Of a stretch of DNA of 64,000 nt, positions 30,142-39,291 are shown piece after piece (the stretch's first letter is position 1; each line of letters starts with the position of its first letter). Both the position numbers and the translations under genes were made by a program. Below the pieces are notes generated by a model. That model worked only from the letters and a program-made list of their open reading frames with translations. It had not been told where the DNA came from and did not search any database. Origin of the DNA: an uncultured delta proteobacterium (lineage in GTDB: Bacteria > Myxococcota_A > Polyangia > Fen-1088); contig CAVYGB010000008.1 in assembly GCA_963767925.1 (NCBI GenBank), positions 3,168,001 through 3,232,000 of the forward strand, given 5' to 3'.

Positions 30142-30867
30142 ATGGTTTCCCCTTCCCGATCCGGAAAACGCCGTGTCCTCGTCGTCGAGGATGAAGCCGA
30201 CATCCGGGACATGCTCGCCTACAACCTCCGTCAGGAAGGCTACGACGTGGCCAGCGCCGAGACCGGCACGATGGCGCTCGACGAGGTGACCCAGTTCGGC
30301 CCCGACCTCATCATCCTCGATCTGATGTTGCCGGACATCTCCGGCGTCGAGGTGTGCCGGCGCATCCGGGGCCGCGATCGGCCCCAGCCCGCCGTCATCA
30401 TGTTGACCGCCAAGGCCGAGGAGATCGATCGAGTGGTCGGGTTCGAGGTGGGCGCCGACGACTACGTGGTCAAGCCGTTCAGCGTGCGCGAGCTGCTGCT
30501 GCGGGTGCGGGCCCGGCTGCACGAGGCCTCCAGCCGCACCGGCACGCCCGGCGCGCCCGAGGAGAACCCGGGACCGCGCCGCTTCGCGGTCGGCTCGCTC
30601 GCCATCGACGCCGACAGCCACCGGGTCAGCGTCGACGGCAAGGAGATCCCGGTCAGCTTGCTCGAGATGCAGCTCCTGCTGCACCTGGCCCAGGCCCAGG
30701 GCACGGTCTGCTCGCGGCGCGATCTGCTCACCCGGGTCTGGAAATACAGCCCCGGCGTCACCTCGCGCACGGTCGACACCCACGTCAAGCGCCTGCGCGA
30801 CAAGCTGGGCTCGGCCGGCCACCTCATCCGCACCATCCGGGGCATCGGCTACCGCCTCTCCTCCTGA
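30142..30867 (+). CDS. phoB: OmpR/PhoB-family response regulator
   Basis: VLVVEDE, LDLMLPD, GADDYVVKPF, RTVDTHVKRLRDKL, TIRGIGY; sits within the pst/phoU cluster. Confidence 0.9.
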   Translation: MVSPSRSGKRRVLVVEDEADIRDMLAYNLRQEGYDVASAETGTMALDEVTQFGPDLIILDLMLPDISGVEVCRRIRGRDRPQPAVIMLTAKAEEIDRVVGFEVGADDYVVKPFSVRELLLRVRARLHEASSRTGTPGAPEENPGPRRFAVGSLAIDADSHRVSVDGKEIPVSLLEMQLLLHLAQAQGTVCSRRDLLTRVWKYSPGVTSRTVDTHVKRLRDKLGSAGHLIRTIRGIGYRLSS

Positions 30868-30946
30868 CGGCGGCCGGCGAGGTCGGGAGCGCCGCTCCGG
30901 AGGCAACCGGGAGACGGTCCGCCCGGCGGCGAAGCCGCCAGCCCGG

Positions 30947-31648
30947 CTACTCGGCGAGCTTGCCGGGGTGGCGGACGTCTTTGCCGCGGACGTAGAAGAT
31001 CACCATCTCGGCCACGTTGGTGGCGTGATCGCCGATGCGCTCGAGGTATTTGGCGATCGACTGCAGGCGGGTGGCGCGGGCGATGTTGCGCGCGTCCTCC
31101 ATCATGTACGTCAGCAGCTCGCGGAAGATCTGCATGTAATAGGCGTCGACGATGGTGTCCTGCTTGATGACCTCGTCGGCCTTGTCGGCGTCGCCCTCCA
31201 CGAAGGCGTCGAGGGCGTTGTGCACCATCTGCTGCGCCTCCTCGGCCATGCGGGGCAGGTCGACGTAGGGCTTGAGGGGAGGCTCCTCGTTGAGCTCGAC
31301 CACCCGCTCCGACAGGTTGACCGCCTGGTCGCCGATGCGCTCCAGGTCGGTGACCAGCTTCATGGCGATGGTGATGAAGCGCAGGTCGGAGGCGACCGGC
31401 TGGCGGCGCGCCAGGATCTGCAGGCACATCTGGTCGATGGCCACCTCGAGCTGGTTGATGCGTCGATCGGCCTGGATCATGCGCTTGGCCAGGTCGCTGT
31501 CCCGCTCCAGCAGAGCCTGCATGCTGCCCTTGATGATCTCCTCGACCTTGGCTCCCATCAGGAGCAGCCGATCGCGCAGCTTCTGCAGCTCGGCCTCGTA
31601 CTCCCGACTCGTGTGTGTTCTCGCCACCGCGACGACTCTAGGAGTCAC
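30947..31648 (-). CDS. phoU: Phosphate signalling protein PhoU
   Basis: QPVASDLR, DLERIGDQA, YLERIGDHATNVAE. Confidence 0.97.
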   Translation of the reverse strand: MTPRVVAVARTHTSREYEAELQKLRDRLLLMGAKVEEIIKGSMQALLERDSDLAKRMIQADRRINQLEVAIDQMCLQILARRQPVASDLRFITIAMKLVTDLERIGDQAVNLSERVVELNEEPPLKPYVDLPRMAEEAQQMVHNALDAFVEGDADKADEVIKQDTIVDAYYMQIFRELLTYMMEDARNIARATRLQSIAKYLERIGDHATNVAEMVIFYVRGKDVRHPGKLAE

Positions 31649-31661
31649 CCGGAACGTCCAG

Positions 31662-31677
31662 GTGACGTTCCCGTGAC
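31662..31677 (-). promoter_or_regulatory. Putative Pho box upstream of phoU
   Basis: GTGAC 31662 and 31673 (11 bp apart). Confidence 0.65.
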
Positions 31678-31693
31678 AAAGGCGTCAACCTTT

Positions 31694-32473
31694 TCACATA
31701 TGGAAGGCGTCGACCTGCAAGCCGAAGCTGATGTCGGCCATCGCCGCCGGATCGGGCAGGCCCAGCATGCCGCGCACCTCGCCCACCACGCTCAACCCCT
31801 CGAACAGCGGGAAGATGATCCCGCCGATGGGCCCCACCACCGCCGGGCCCCCGCGCACGGTGTCGCTGGTCGAGAGCGTGCGGCTGGGCGCCGCCTCAAC
31901 CCGGAAGCGAAAGCCTTCGCCGAGGCCGATCACGCCCCCGGTGTAGAGCTGGAAGCGCGGGTGGATGTCGCGGAACAGGTAGGTCGCGCGGCCGAGCAGG
32001 GTGTGAGCCCATTGCTGGGAGGAGTCGATCTGGGTGGGGTCGGTGATCTGCCGCGGGATCACCTGGTGCCGGGTCTGCAGCGACAGGGCGATCCGATCGC
32101 GCCACTGGTAGCCGATCTCCGGGCCGAAGTGACCGAGGTGCCCCGCGCTGAAGGCGCCGTCGATCTCGAGATCCTCGCGTCGCTCCAGGCGGCGGCGGGG
32201 GTGGTAGCCGTAGCCGCTGCCGAAGGTCCAGCCCAGCCAGACCGCGCGCAGGGCCCGGGGCGGCGGCGGCGGCCGCGGCTGGTCGGGCACCGCGACCCGG
32301 GCGACCTCGAGCGGCGGCGCCGTCCGGTTGGGGCCGTCAATCGGGCTGGGCGGGGGCATGTCGTTGATGGGCGGCGTGGGCAACCGGGGTGGAGGCACCT
32401 GGGCGGCCGCCGGCACCGCCAGCAGAAGGCCGCAAAAACCCAGGAAATAGCGCAGGAAATCAGGCTTATTCAC
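31694..32473 (-). CDS. Hypothetical exported protein, probable small beta-barrel
   Basis: GTG 32473; signal peptide (FLGFCGLLLAVPAAA), Pro-rich linker, alternating amphipathic strands. Confidence 0.6.
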   Translation of the reverse strand: MNKPDFLRYFLGFCGLLLAVPAAAQVPPPRLPTPPINDMPPPSPIDGPNRTAPPLEVARVAVPDQPRPPPPPRALRAVWLGWTFGSGYGYHPRRRLERREDLEIDGAFSAGHLGHFGPEIGYQWRDRIALSLQTRHQVIPRQITDPTQIDSSQQWAHTLLGRATYLFRDIHPRFQLYTGGVIGLGEGFRFRVEAAPSRTLSTSDTVRGGPAVVGPIGGIIFPLFEGLSVVGEVRGMLGLPDPAAMADISFGLQVDAFHM

Positions 32474-32550
32474 GAGGGGGCCATCATACCCCTTCGCCTC
32501 CCGCTCACAAGCGCGCCGGGCGGCCAGCCGCGTCGGGGAGGAGCGCCCGG

Positions 32551-33255
32551 TCACCCGCTGGGTCGGGCCGCCTCGAAGCGATCGCCAACCAGCGAGCGGG
32601 TCTGGATCATGACGTCGAGATACAGGCGCGCGTTTGTCGCAATCTCGTTGCTGCGCCCCCCGCGGAGGGCGTCGAGATCGACGAGGTCGCTCTCCACCTC
32701 GAGCGCGGCGGCCCCGGCGGTCATGAACTCCGGCGCGGTCTGCAAGGTCACGCCCCCCGCGGGGATCAGCGGCACGTCGGGCAGCGGCGTGCGCAAGCAG
32801 CGCAGGTAGGTCGGCCCACCGAGGGCGCCGCAAGGATAGACCCGCACCATGTCGGCCCCCGCGCGATAGGCGCTCCAGACCTCGGTGGGGGTGAAGGCGC
32901 CCGCCACCACCGCCACCCCTGCCTCGTTGCAGCGGCCGATGGTCGGCAGATCGACGATGGGGCTCACGATGAACCGCGCCCCCGCCCGGACGCAGGCCTC
33001 GGCGGACTTCGAATCGAGCACCGTGCCCGCGCAGACCAGCACCCGATCGCCGGCGCTGTGCTTCAGCTCGGTGATCACCTCGAGCGCGCCGGGCACCGTG
33101 AGCGGGACCTGGATGCAGGTGATGCCGGCGTCGATCAGCACCTCGGCCATCTCCAGCGCGTCGTCCGCCGACGGCATCCGCAACATGGCGATGATGACCC
33201 GATCGCGAATCATCGCCAGCACCTCGACCTTCGACCAGGCTTCCGCTTCCCCCAC
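32551..33255 (-). CDS. KDPG/KHG aldolase (Eda) homolog with catalytic residues substituted
   Basis: AGTVLD, GARFIVSP, GAFTPTEV, PAGGV; expected E reads Q (IQVP) and expected K reads R (VRVYP). Confidence 0.85.
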   Translation of the reverse strand: MGEAEAWSKVEVLAMIRDRVIIAMLRMPSADDALEMAEVLIDAGITCIQVPLTVPGALEVITELKHSAGDRVLVCAGTVLDSKSAEACVRAGARFIVSPIVDLPTIGRCNEAGVAVVAGAFTPTEVWSAYRAGADMVRVYPCGALGGPTYLRCLRTPLPDVPLIPAGGVTLQTAPEFMTAGAAALEVESDLVDLDALRGGRSNEIATNARLYLDVMIQTRSLVGDRFEAARPSG

Positions 33256-33461
33256 GGAGGGTTTTTACCACGTCAACGCGGCGCTCGTCGCCCTGCGCCC
33301 GAGGCCTCGCCTTTTTCGGGACCGTGACTTCGGGGGAATGGGGGAGACCGTCCCTGGGGTAGGGTCGTCCGGTGGGCGAAGGGCCGAGCAGGATGAGTCA
33401 CGGGGAGTTGCCTCTGCGGGGGCATCCGGTACGAGGTCGTGGGGCCTTTCGGGACAGCGGC

Positions 33462-33809
33462 TCATCGCCCGAGGACCACGTCGATGCCAGAAAGAACGAG
33501 CTCCAACTTCGCTCGGGAGAGCTTGCCGACACGCTCTGCCAGCTCGGCCTTGTCGACCGTCACGATCTGGGACACATTCGCCACCGAGTCTTTCGGGAGT
33601 CCCGTGACCGAAGCCGGAAGCGCGACGTTCCCCGGTGCTGCTGACCACTTCAAGTTGCTCGTCAAGGCCACGCAGACGACGGTGGCGATTCGGCTTCGAT
33701 TGAGCGGATCGCCCTGAACCACCACGACGGGCCGTCGAAAGCCTGGCTGGGAGCCCGCAGGCTCTCCGAGATCAGCCCAGCAGACATCTCCCTGACTGAC
33801 GCTCACCAC
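33462..33809 (-). CDS. mazF: MazF/PemK-family toxin
   Basis: QGDVCWADL, GSQPGFRRPVVVVQ, LTSN, DSVANVSQIVTVDK. Confidence 0.93.
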   Translation of the reverse strand: MVSVSQGDVCWADLGEPAGSQPGFRRPVVVVQGDPLNRSRIATVVCVALTSNLKWSAAPGNVALPASVTGLPKDSVANVSQIVTVDKAELAERVGKLSRAKLELVLSGIDVVLGR

Positions 33810-34039
33810 TCCGTTCGCCTCAACGCGCGCCGGCCAGCGACAGAAGCGAACTCGTCGGTTGGCTCCGCGAGCTCCTTCAAGACCCTGTCCATCTCTTCGG
33901 TAACCTCATCGGGAGCGTGGCGAGCTAAGTACTCTGCTAGCGCCCGGCTGTAGACCTCACTACGTGACTGCTTGAGCCGCTTCGCCAGACGCTCCGCTTC
34001 CTCGAAGATCTCGTCAGGTATGGAGACTGCCGTCTTCAT
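33803..34039 (-). CDS. Ribbon-helix-helix antitoxin
   Basis: MKTAVSIPDEIFEEAERLAKRLKQSRSEVY; overlaps the toxin start. Confidence 0.88.
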   Translation of the reverse strand: MKTAVSIPDEIFEEAERLAKRLKQSRSEVYSRALAEYLARHAPDEVTEEMDRVLKELAEPTDEFASVAGRRALRRTEW

Positions 34040-34052
34040 ACCGAAAGTATGA
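34036..34052. promoter_or_regulatory. Palindromic operator over the antitoxin start
   Basis: TCATAC-CGAAA-GTATGA. Confidence 0.55.
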
Positions 34053-34219
34053 CCTGGTATAACCACCAGTCAAACTACCTGCACGGCCAGAACGTCCCCT
34101 ACGTCCCGACCCTCGTGCGCCTGGTCGAGCTTCGCCGCCGGCGAGGAGATTCGGCCCCACATGACATCGTGGGCGAGGGTATCACCAGATTTGTTCGGTA
34201 ATACCCGATACATTTATCA

Positions 34220-35366
34220 ATGAGACAACACCTCCGGTTCACCAGTCTCCTGGTCGGTCTGCTGGCCTGTGGCCCGGTGCCTTCGACGGATGTGGACGGG
34301 GCAGCGCCATTTCGCGGCTATTGACGCCGTGAACAACTTCTTCGTTAGCCGCGCCACGAACGCGCGCAGCAAGGTCACCCGCCTCTACGACACCGTGCGG
34401 GGGTTCTTCGGCGACGTCGAGAGCTCGATCTCGCCCCCGAGCGAACCTGCGCAGGGGGTCCTCGTGCGCGCGGGCGTACCCGTGGACCTTGACAGGATCG
34501 ATCTCGAGACCACCGAGGTCGAAGGGCCGGACGGCGCGCCGCTGCCGATCGCGCTGCTCCGGCGCGGAGGGCAGCTGCTGCTGGAGGCGCGGAGCGAGGT
34601 GAGGCAGAGGATTTTCCGGGAGGTGCGCTTCCGGATCCAGCGCGCGGAGTTCGCCACCCAGTACGCCGCGGCGTACCTGTCCATCCAGCCGATCTGCCTG
34701 CAGGAAGGGACTCTCCTCGGCGGCTGCGTGCAGGCCGTTGTCGTGACCCCCCCGGAGCGGCAGGTCGCCGTGGGCGATGGGTTGACGCTCACCGCGACCT
34801 TACTCGACGCCGGGGGCAACGAACTCACCGGGCGGACGGTACGCTGGACCTCGGACGCGCCCGAGGTCGTCTCCGTCGTCGCCATCGGGACGGGGTCGAC
34901 CGCCCAGGTCACCGGCTTGAAGGCGGGAGGACCGGTGACGATCACCGCCGCCGCGGGTAGCCCCACAGCCACGCGACAAGACACGGCCCGCATCACCGTC
35001 TCCGCGCCCGATGAGACCGAACTCTACGAGGCCGCGGTAATTGGGCACTGGACCGCGACCATTGCGGAGGACGGAACGACTCGTAAGTTCGAACTGTTCC
35101 CCGGCGGGACGGGCGTCTACCGCATCCCCCTGCCGCCCCCCCATACCCAGTGTTCCGCAAGCGTGTATGTCGACGGTTTCTGCGAAGCCCCCATCCGCTG
35201 GACGGTCTCGCGCGGAGCCGACGGAAAATATAGGATGCGGGAGACCGGTTACTGGCACAGCGCTTTCGATGGAGGCGAGGTCGAACCGCTCTCGCTGCCC
35301 ATCACGACCTTCCGGACATATTCGGCATTCGACCCCGGGATGGTCACGCGCATCTACGCCCGTTGA
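34220..35366 (+). pseudogene. Disrupted lipoprotein with Big_2-like Ig domain
   Basis: Signal/lipobox ORF 34220-34324 (MRQHLRFTSLLVGLLAC...) is out of frame with the downstream ORF carrying VGDGLTLTATLLDAGGNELTGRTVRWTSDAPEV. Confidence 0.5.
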
Positions 35367-35694
35367 CCAGCGTCTCGCCCGGGCGCTGACCAAGTCCCCA
35401 TCACCATTTCTGGAGCCGAGACCATCCCGGCCCCGCGCCCCCCTCCGTCAGCGGCGCGAACTACATCACGCCTGCCGCCCGCCTCCAAGCCCCCTCTCCG
35501 ATGGCCCGCCCATCAGCCCGGGCTCACGGCCATCGGGAAGCTGGTGCATGCAGGTCAAGCTGAAGGCCACCGATTCCGCGCCGGCCCACGCCTTGAGCCT
35601 GCGCTTTCCGGTCTCCGCGCCTGCGGACTAGAGCCGAAGTCGGTCCAACGATTGCGCTTGATGCGGATCCGAGTGTTCGCTGACCGGTGATCGC

Positions 35695-36075
35695 GTGCGG
35701 CGCCTGATGACGGCCGCGCGGCTGCTGGCCCGGTTTCCGGTGCTGGCCGATTATCTGGCCGATGGGCGACTGAACCTCACGACCCTCGTCGAGCTCCGTG
35801 ATGTGCTCGACAAGGCAGATCTCGTGGAAATCCTGGATCGTGCCGCCGGGCGAACGGAGGACCAGGTCAAGGAGCTCGTGGCCAGCCTGCGGCCGCAGCC
35901 CGCCCCCGCCGACCTCCTGCGTAGGCTGCCAAGTCCCCGCGATGATTCGGGTGGTTCCGGCCCGGCACCGGCTGCAACCAACGGCCCGAGCGCGGCGCTC
36001 GCGTCCCCGCCGGCCTCCTTGCCGCCGCCCGTCTGGAAACGCCAAGTCCTCGTGCTGCCGCGGTTTCTGCAGTGA
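35695..36075 (+). pseudogene. Fragment of a DUF222/HNH-endonuclease-type repeat-element protein
   Basis: AARLLARFPVLADYLADGRLNLTTL...AAGRTEDQVKELVA resembles the N-terminal part of these proteins; no HNH domain follows. Confidence 0.55.
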
Positions 36076-36155
36076 TTACGGGGGGAACAGACTACTCAAG
36101 GGTCCCGCGCCCCCCGCGAAGCTACCCGCGACTTGGCGTCCACGGCCTTGGTAAG

Positions 36156-37883
36156 ATGTGGTCCGCTGTGCCCAAGGTCGGTGTTTTCCTCCCGGCAGCG
36201 CTGGCCGCTGCCCTCGCCCTGGCGTGTGGCCCGGTCGACAGCGCCCCCGCTCCGGCCGGAGGCCCGCCGGGTTACGTACCGACGCCCGAGGCGCCCGAGC
36301 CTCCGCCCGAGGGACGCACGCCGCGCCGGCTGCGCCGCCTCACCAGCGGAGAGATGCAGGCGGTGATCGGCGATCTGCTGGGTGAGCCCGGGCCTGGCCT
36401 CGCCGGCGTCTACCTGCCCGATCCGCGGGTCGAGGGCTACGACAACGACGCCGTCGCCCTCGGCGTGTCGGAGAGCAAGATCGAGGAGATCGTCATGGCC
36501 GCCGAGCGGGTGGCCGCCCACCTGATCGCGGGAGACCGCCTCGACCGCCAGGCCCCTTGCCCCCCCGGCGAGGCGCCGGCCGCTTGCGCGCGGGCCTTCG
36601 CCCGGCGCGCCGCCACCCTGGCCTGGGGCCGTCCCCCTTCCGACGAGGAGCTCGACCGACTGGCCGGTGTCTACCAGATCGGGCAGCAGGGGGAAGGCGA
36701 AGGGCACCGCGGGGGCCTGGCCCTCGTGACCCAGGCGCTCTTGACCTCGCCTAACTTCCTGTACCGCAGCGAGCTCGGCGCGGACGTGGACGTCGTCGGG
36801 GGCGAGGACCTGGGCGCCGCCTCCGGCGCGGCGCCGGCTGGCTCCGTCTCCCTCACCGCCTTCGAGACCGCCTCCGCCCTCTCCTTCCTCCTGCGCGGAT
36901 CGCGCCCCGATGCGCCGCTGCTGGAGGCGGCCGAGCGCGGCGAGCTGGCCGGTCCCCAGGGACGCGAGCAGCAGGCCCGCCGGCTGCTCACCTCGACAAC
37001 CGGGCGGCGCCAGGTCGAGCGCTTCCTCCGGGGCTGGCTGGGCCTCGACGACGTCGCCATGATCAACAAGGACGTCGGCATGTACCCGTTCTTTTCCCCC
37101 CGCGCCCGGCGGGCCCTCGATCGAGAGCTGAGCACCTTCGTCGATCACGTGCTGGGGGCGGGCAGCGGCCAGCTCGACGAGCTGTTGCTGGCCGACTACA
37201 CCTTCCCCGCCCCCGAGCTGGCCCCGTTTTACGGGCCCGAGCTGCTCGGGCCACCGGGTGACTTCGAGCGGCGGCCCCTCGACGGCGAGCGCCGGCGCGG
37301 CCTGCTCTCCTCACCGGCTTTCCTGGCGGCCCACGCCCTCATCGACCACACCAACCCGGTCGAGCGGGGGCTGATGGTCCGGGGGCGGATGTTCTGCCAG
37401 GACGTCGCCCCCCCGCCGCCCGACGTGCTGGCCGAGACCCCGCGGGGGCCCGAGCTGACAACCCGCCAGCGCTACGAGGCCCACGTGCGCGATCCCCGCT
37501 GCCGGACCTGCCACCAGCTCATCGACGGGCTGGGCTTCGGCTTCGAGCAGTTCGACGCCGCCGGCCGCTTCCGGACCCACGAGAACGGCGTGGAGGTCGA
37601 CGCCCGGGGCGAGATCGTGGGGACCGACGTCGACGGCCCCTTTCGCGGGCCGGTGGAGCTGTCCCGCCGCCTGCTGCGGAGCGCGCAGTTCCGCCGCTGC
37701 TTCGTCGAGCAGCTCTTCCGCTACAGCGAGGGCCGGGCGGTCGAGGCGGCCGACGCCCCCGAGATCGATCACCTGGCGAGCCTGTTCGAGAGGAGCGAAC
37801 GCCGCATCGACGAGCTGTTCGTCCGCCTGGTGCGGCGGCCCGGGTTCGTGCTGCGCCGGTCGCTCCCGGAGCAGACGCCATGA
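36156..37883 (+). CDS. DUF1587/1595/1592/1588/1585 (PSD/PSCyt-type) lipoprotein
   Basis: ALALAC lipobox; LRRLT, LLTSPNFLYRSE, PVERG, CRTCH, GFEQFDAAGRFR. Confidence 0.9.
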   Translation: MWSAVPKVGVFLPAALAAALALACGPVDSAPAPAGGPPGYVPTPEAPEPPPEGRTPRRLRRLTSGEMQAVIGDLLGEPGPGLAGVYLPDPRVEGYDNDAVALGVSESKIEEIVMAAERVAAHLIAGDRLDRQAPCPPGEAPAACARAFARRAATLAWGRPPSDEELDRLAGVYQIGQQGEGEGHRGGLALVTQALLTSPNFLYRSELGADVDVVGGEDLGAASGAAPAGSVSLTAFETASALSFLLRGSRPDAPLLEAAERGELAGPQGREQQARRLLTSTTGRRQVERFLRGWLGLDDVAMINKDVGMYPFFSPRARRALDRELSTFVDHVLGAGSGQLDELLLADYTFPAPELAPFYGPELLGPPGDFERRPLDGERRRGLLSSPAFLAAHALIDHTNPVERGLMVRGRMFCQDVAPPPPDVLAETPRGPELTTRQRYEAHVRDPRCRTCHQLIDGLGFGFEQFDAAGRFRTHENGVEVDARGEIVGTDVDGPFRGPVELSRRLLRSAQFRRCFVEQLFRYSEGRAVEAADAPEIDHLASLFERSERRIDELFVRLVRRPGFVLRRSLPEQTP

Positions 37884-39289
37884 GACCCATCGGCAAGGGC
37901 GGGCTGTCCCGGCGGGAGCTCCTGCGCACCACCGGCGCGGCCGGGTTGCTCTTCCCCTTTTTGCGCCCGGGCTCCGCCTCGGCGGCGCCGCCCACCCCCC
38001 GCCTGGTGTTGCTGATGCAGTCCAACGGGACCTTCCAGCCGGACTTCTGGCCCCTGGTGCCGCCGGCGCTCGGCGCGGCGCCGCCGGTCGGGCCCCACCG
38101 CCTGGGTCCGGGCGGCCTCAGCTCGCGCATCCTCGAGCCCCTGCTGTCCGAGGCGTCCCTCGCCGCCCGGACCACGCTGGTCAAGGGCGTCGCCAACACG
38201 GCGGGGGGCGCGGGCAACGGCCACGACCATGGCTTCTCCGGGCTCTACTCGGGCTACAAGAGCATCGGAACCTTCACCGACCCCTGGGGCGCCGGCATCT
38301 CGATCGATCAGACCCTGCGGCAGACCCTCAGCTTTCACGAGCCCTACCCCACCCTCAACTGCGGGGTGCTCGCCTCGGACACGCCCCCCTTCAAGGCCCA
38401 CCGCCGTTCGTTCAGCTACCTCGGCCCCCGGCAGCAGGTCCCCACCGAGGTCGACCCCTACCGCCTGTACGCCCGCTTCTTCGCGGTGGACGCGCGGCTC
38501 GACCCCGGCCGCGATCCCGTCGAGGCGGCCCGGCACCGCCTGCGGCGCAAGCAGACCGTGCTCGACCACGCCCGGGGGGACCTCGCCCGCCTGCGCCCCC
38601 GCCTGGGCCGCCTCGACCGGGACAAGCTGGCGGCGCACGAGACCGCCCTGCGCGACATGGAGACGCGGCTGGGGGCCACCCTGGAGCCCCAGCCCGACCG
38701 TCCGCCCCACTGCACCGCCGTCGGCGGGCCGGACCCGGGCCTGGCCGGCCTCGACGTGCGCAGCGAGGACAACGCGCCCCAGCTCGTGACGCTGATGACC
38801 GACTTCCTGGCGCTGGCCATCTCCTGTCAGCTCACGCGCATCGTGACCTTCCAGTTCGGGCACGGCGGCGAGAAGTGGTACTTCCGCTGGCTGGGCATCA
38901 ACCAGAACAGCCACGACGAGATCGCCCACAAGGACGACGGCAGCGATCCGGCGGTCAGCGACAAGCTGTTCCGGATCAACCGCTGGTACGCCGAGCAGGT
39001 CGCCGGGCTGGCCCGCGCGCTCGATCGCTTCCCCGAGGGAGAAGGGACGGTGCTCGACAACACCCTGGTGGTGTGGGGCAACGAGATCGCCACCGGCCCC
39101 CACGGCATGAACGACCTCCCCCTGGTGCTGCTGGGGGGGGCGGCCGGGCGCCTCCGCCAGACCGGCGTGCTGATCGACGCCGGTGCCCAGGACTATCACC
39201 GCCTGGGCACCAGCCTCCTGCACGTCATGGGCGTCCCCGCCCTGGGCTTCGGCGAGGAGCCCACCTGCGGGCCCCTCGTCGGGATCTAG
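37880..39289 (+). CDS. DUF1552 (HXXSHH) family protein, Tat-exported
   Basis: SRRELL twin-arginine signal; ISIDQ, GTVLDNTLV, H-x4-P-x-VLLGG; ATGA-coupled to the DUF1592 gene. Confidence 0.9.
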   Translation: MRPIGKGGLSRRELLRTTGAAGLLFPFLRPGSASAAPPTPRLVLLMQSNGTFQPDFWPLVPPALGAAPPVGPHRLGPGGLSSRILEPLLSEASLAARTTLVKGVANTAGGAGNGHDHGFSGLYSGYKSIGTFTDPWGAGISIDQTLRQTLSFHEPYPTLNCGVLASDTPPFKAHRRSFSYLGPRQQVPTEVDPYRLYARFFAVDARLDPGRDPVEAARHRLRRKQTVLDHARGDLARLRPRLGRLDRDKLAAHETALRDMETRLGATLEPQPDRPPHCTAVGGPDPGLAGLDVRSEDNAPQLVTLMTDFLALAISCQLTRIVTFQFGHGGEKWYFRWLGINQNSHDEIAHKDDGSDPAVSDKLFRINRWYAEQVAGLARALDRFPEGEGTVLDNTLVVWGNEIATGPHGMNDLPLVLLGGAAGRLRQTGVLIDAGAQDYHRLGTSLLHVMGVPALGFGEEPTCGPLVGI

Positions 39290-39291
39290 AG

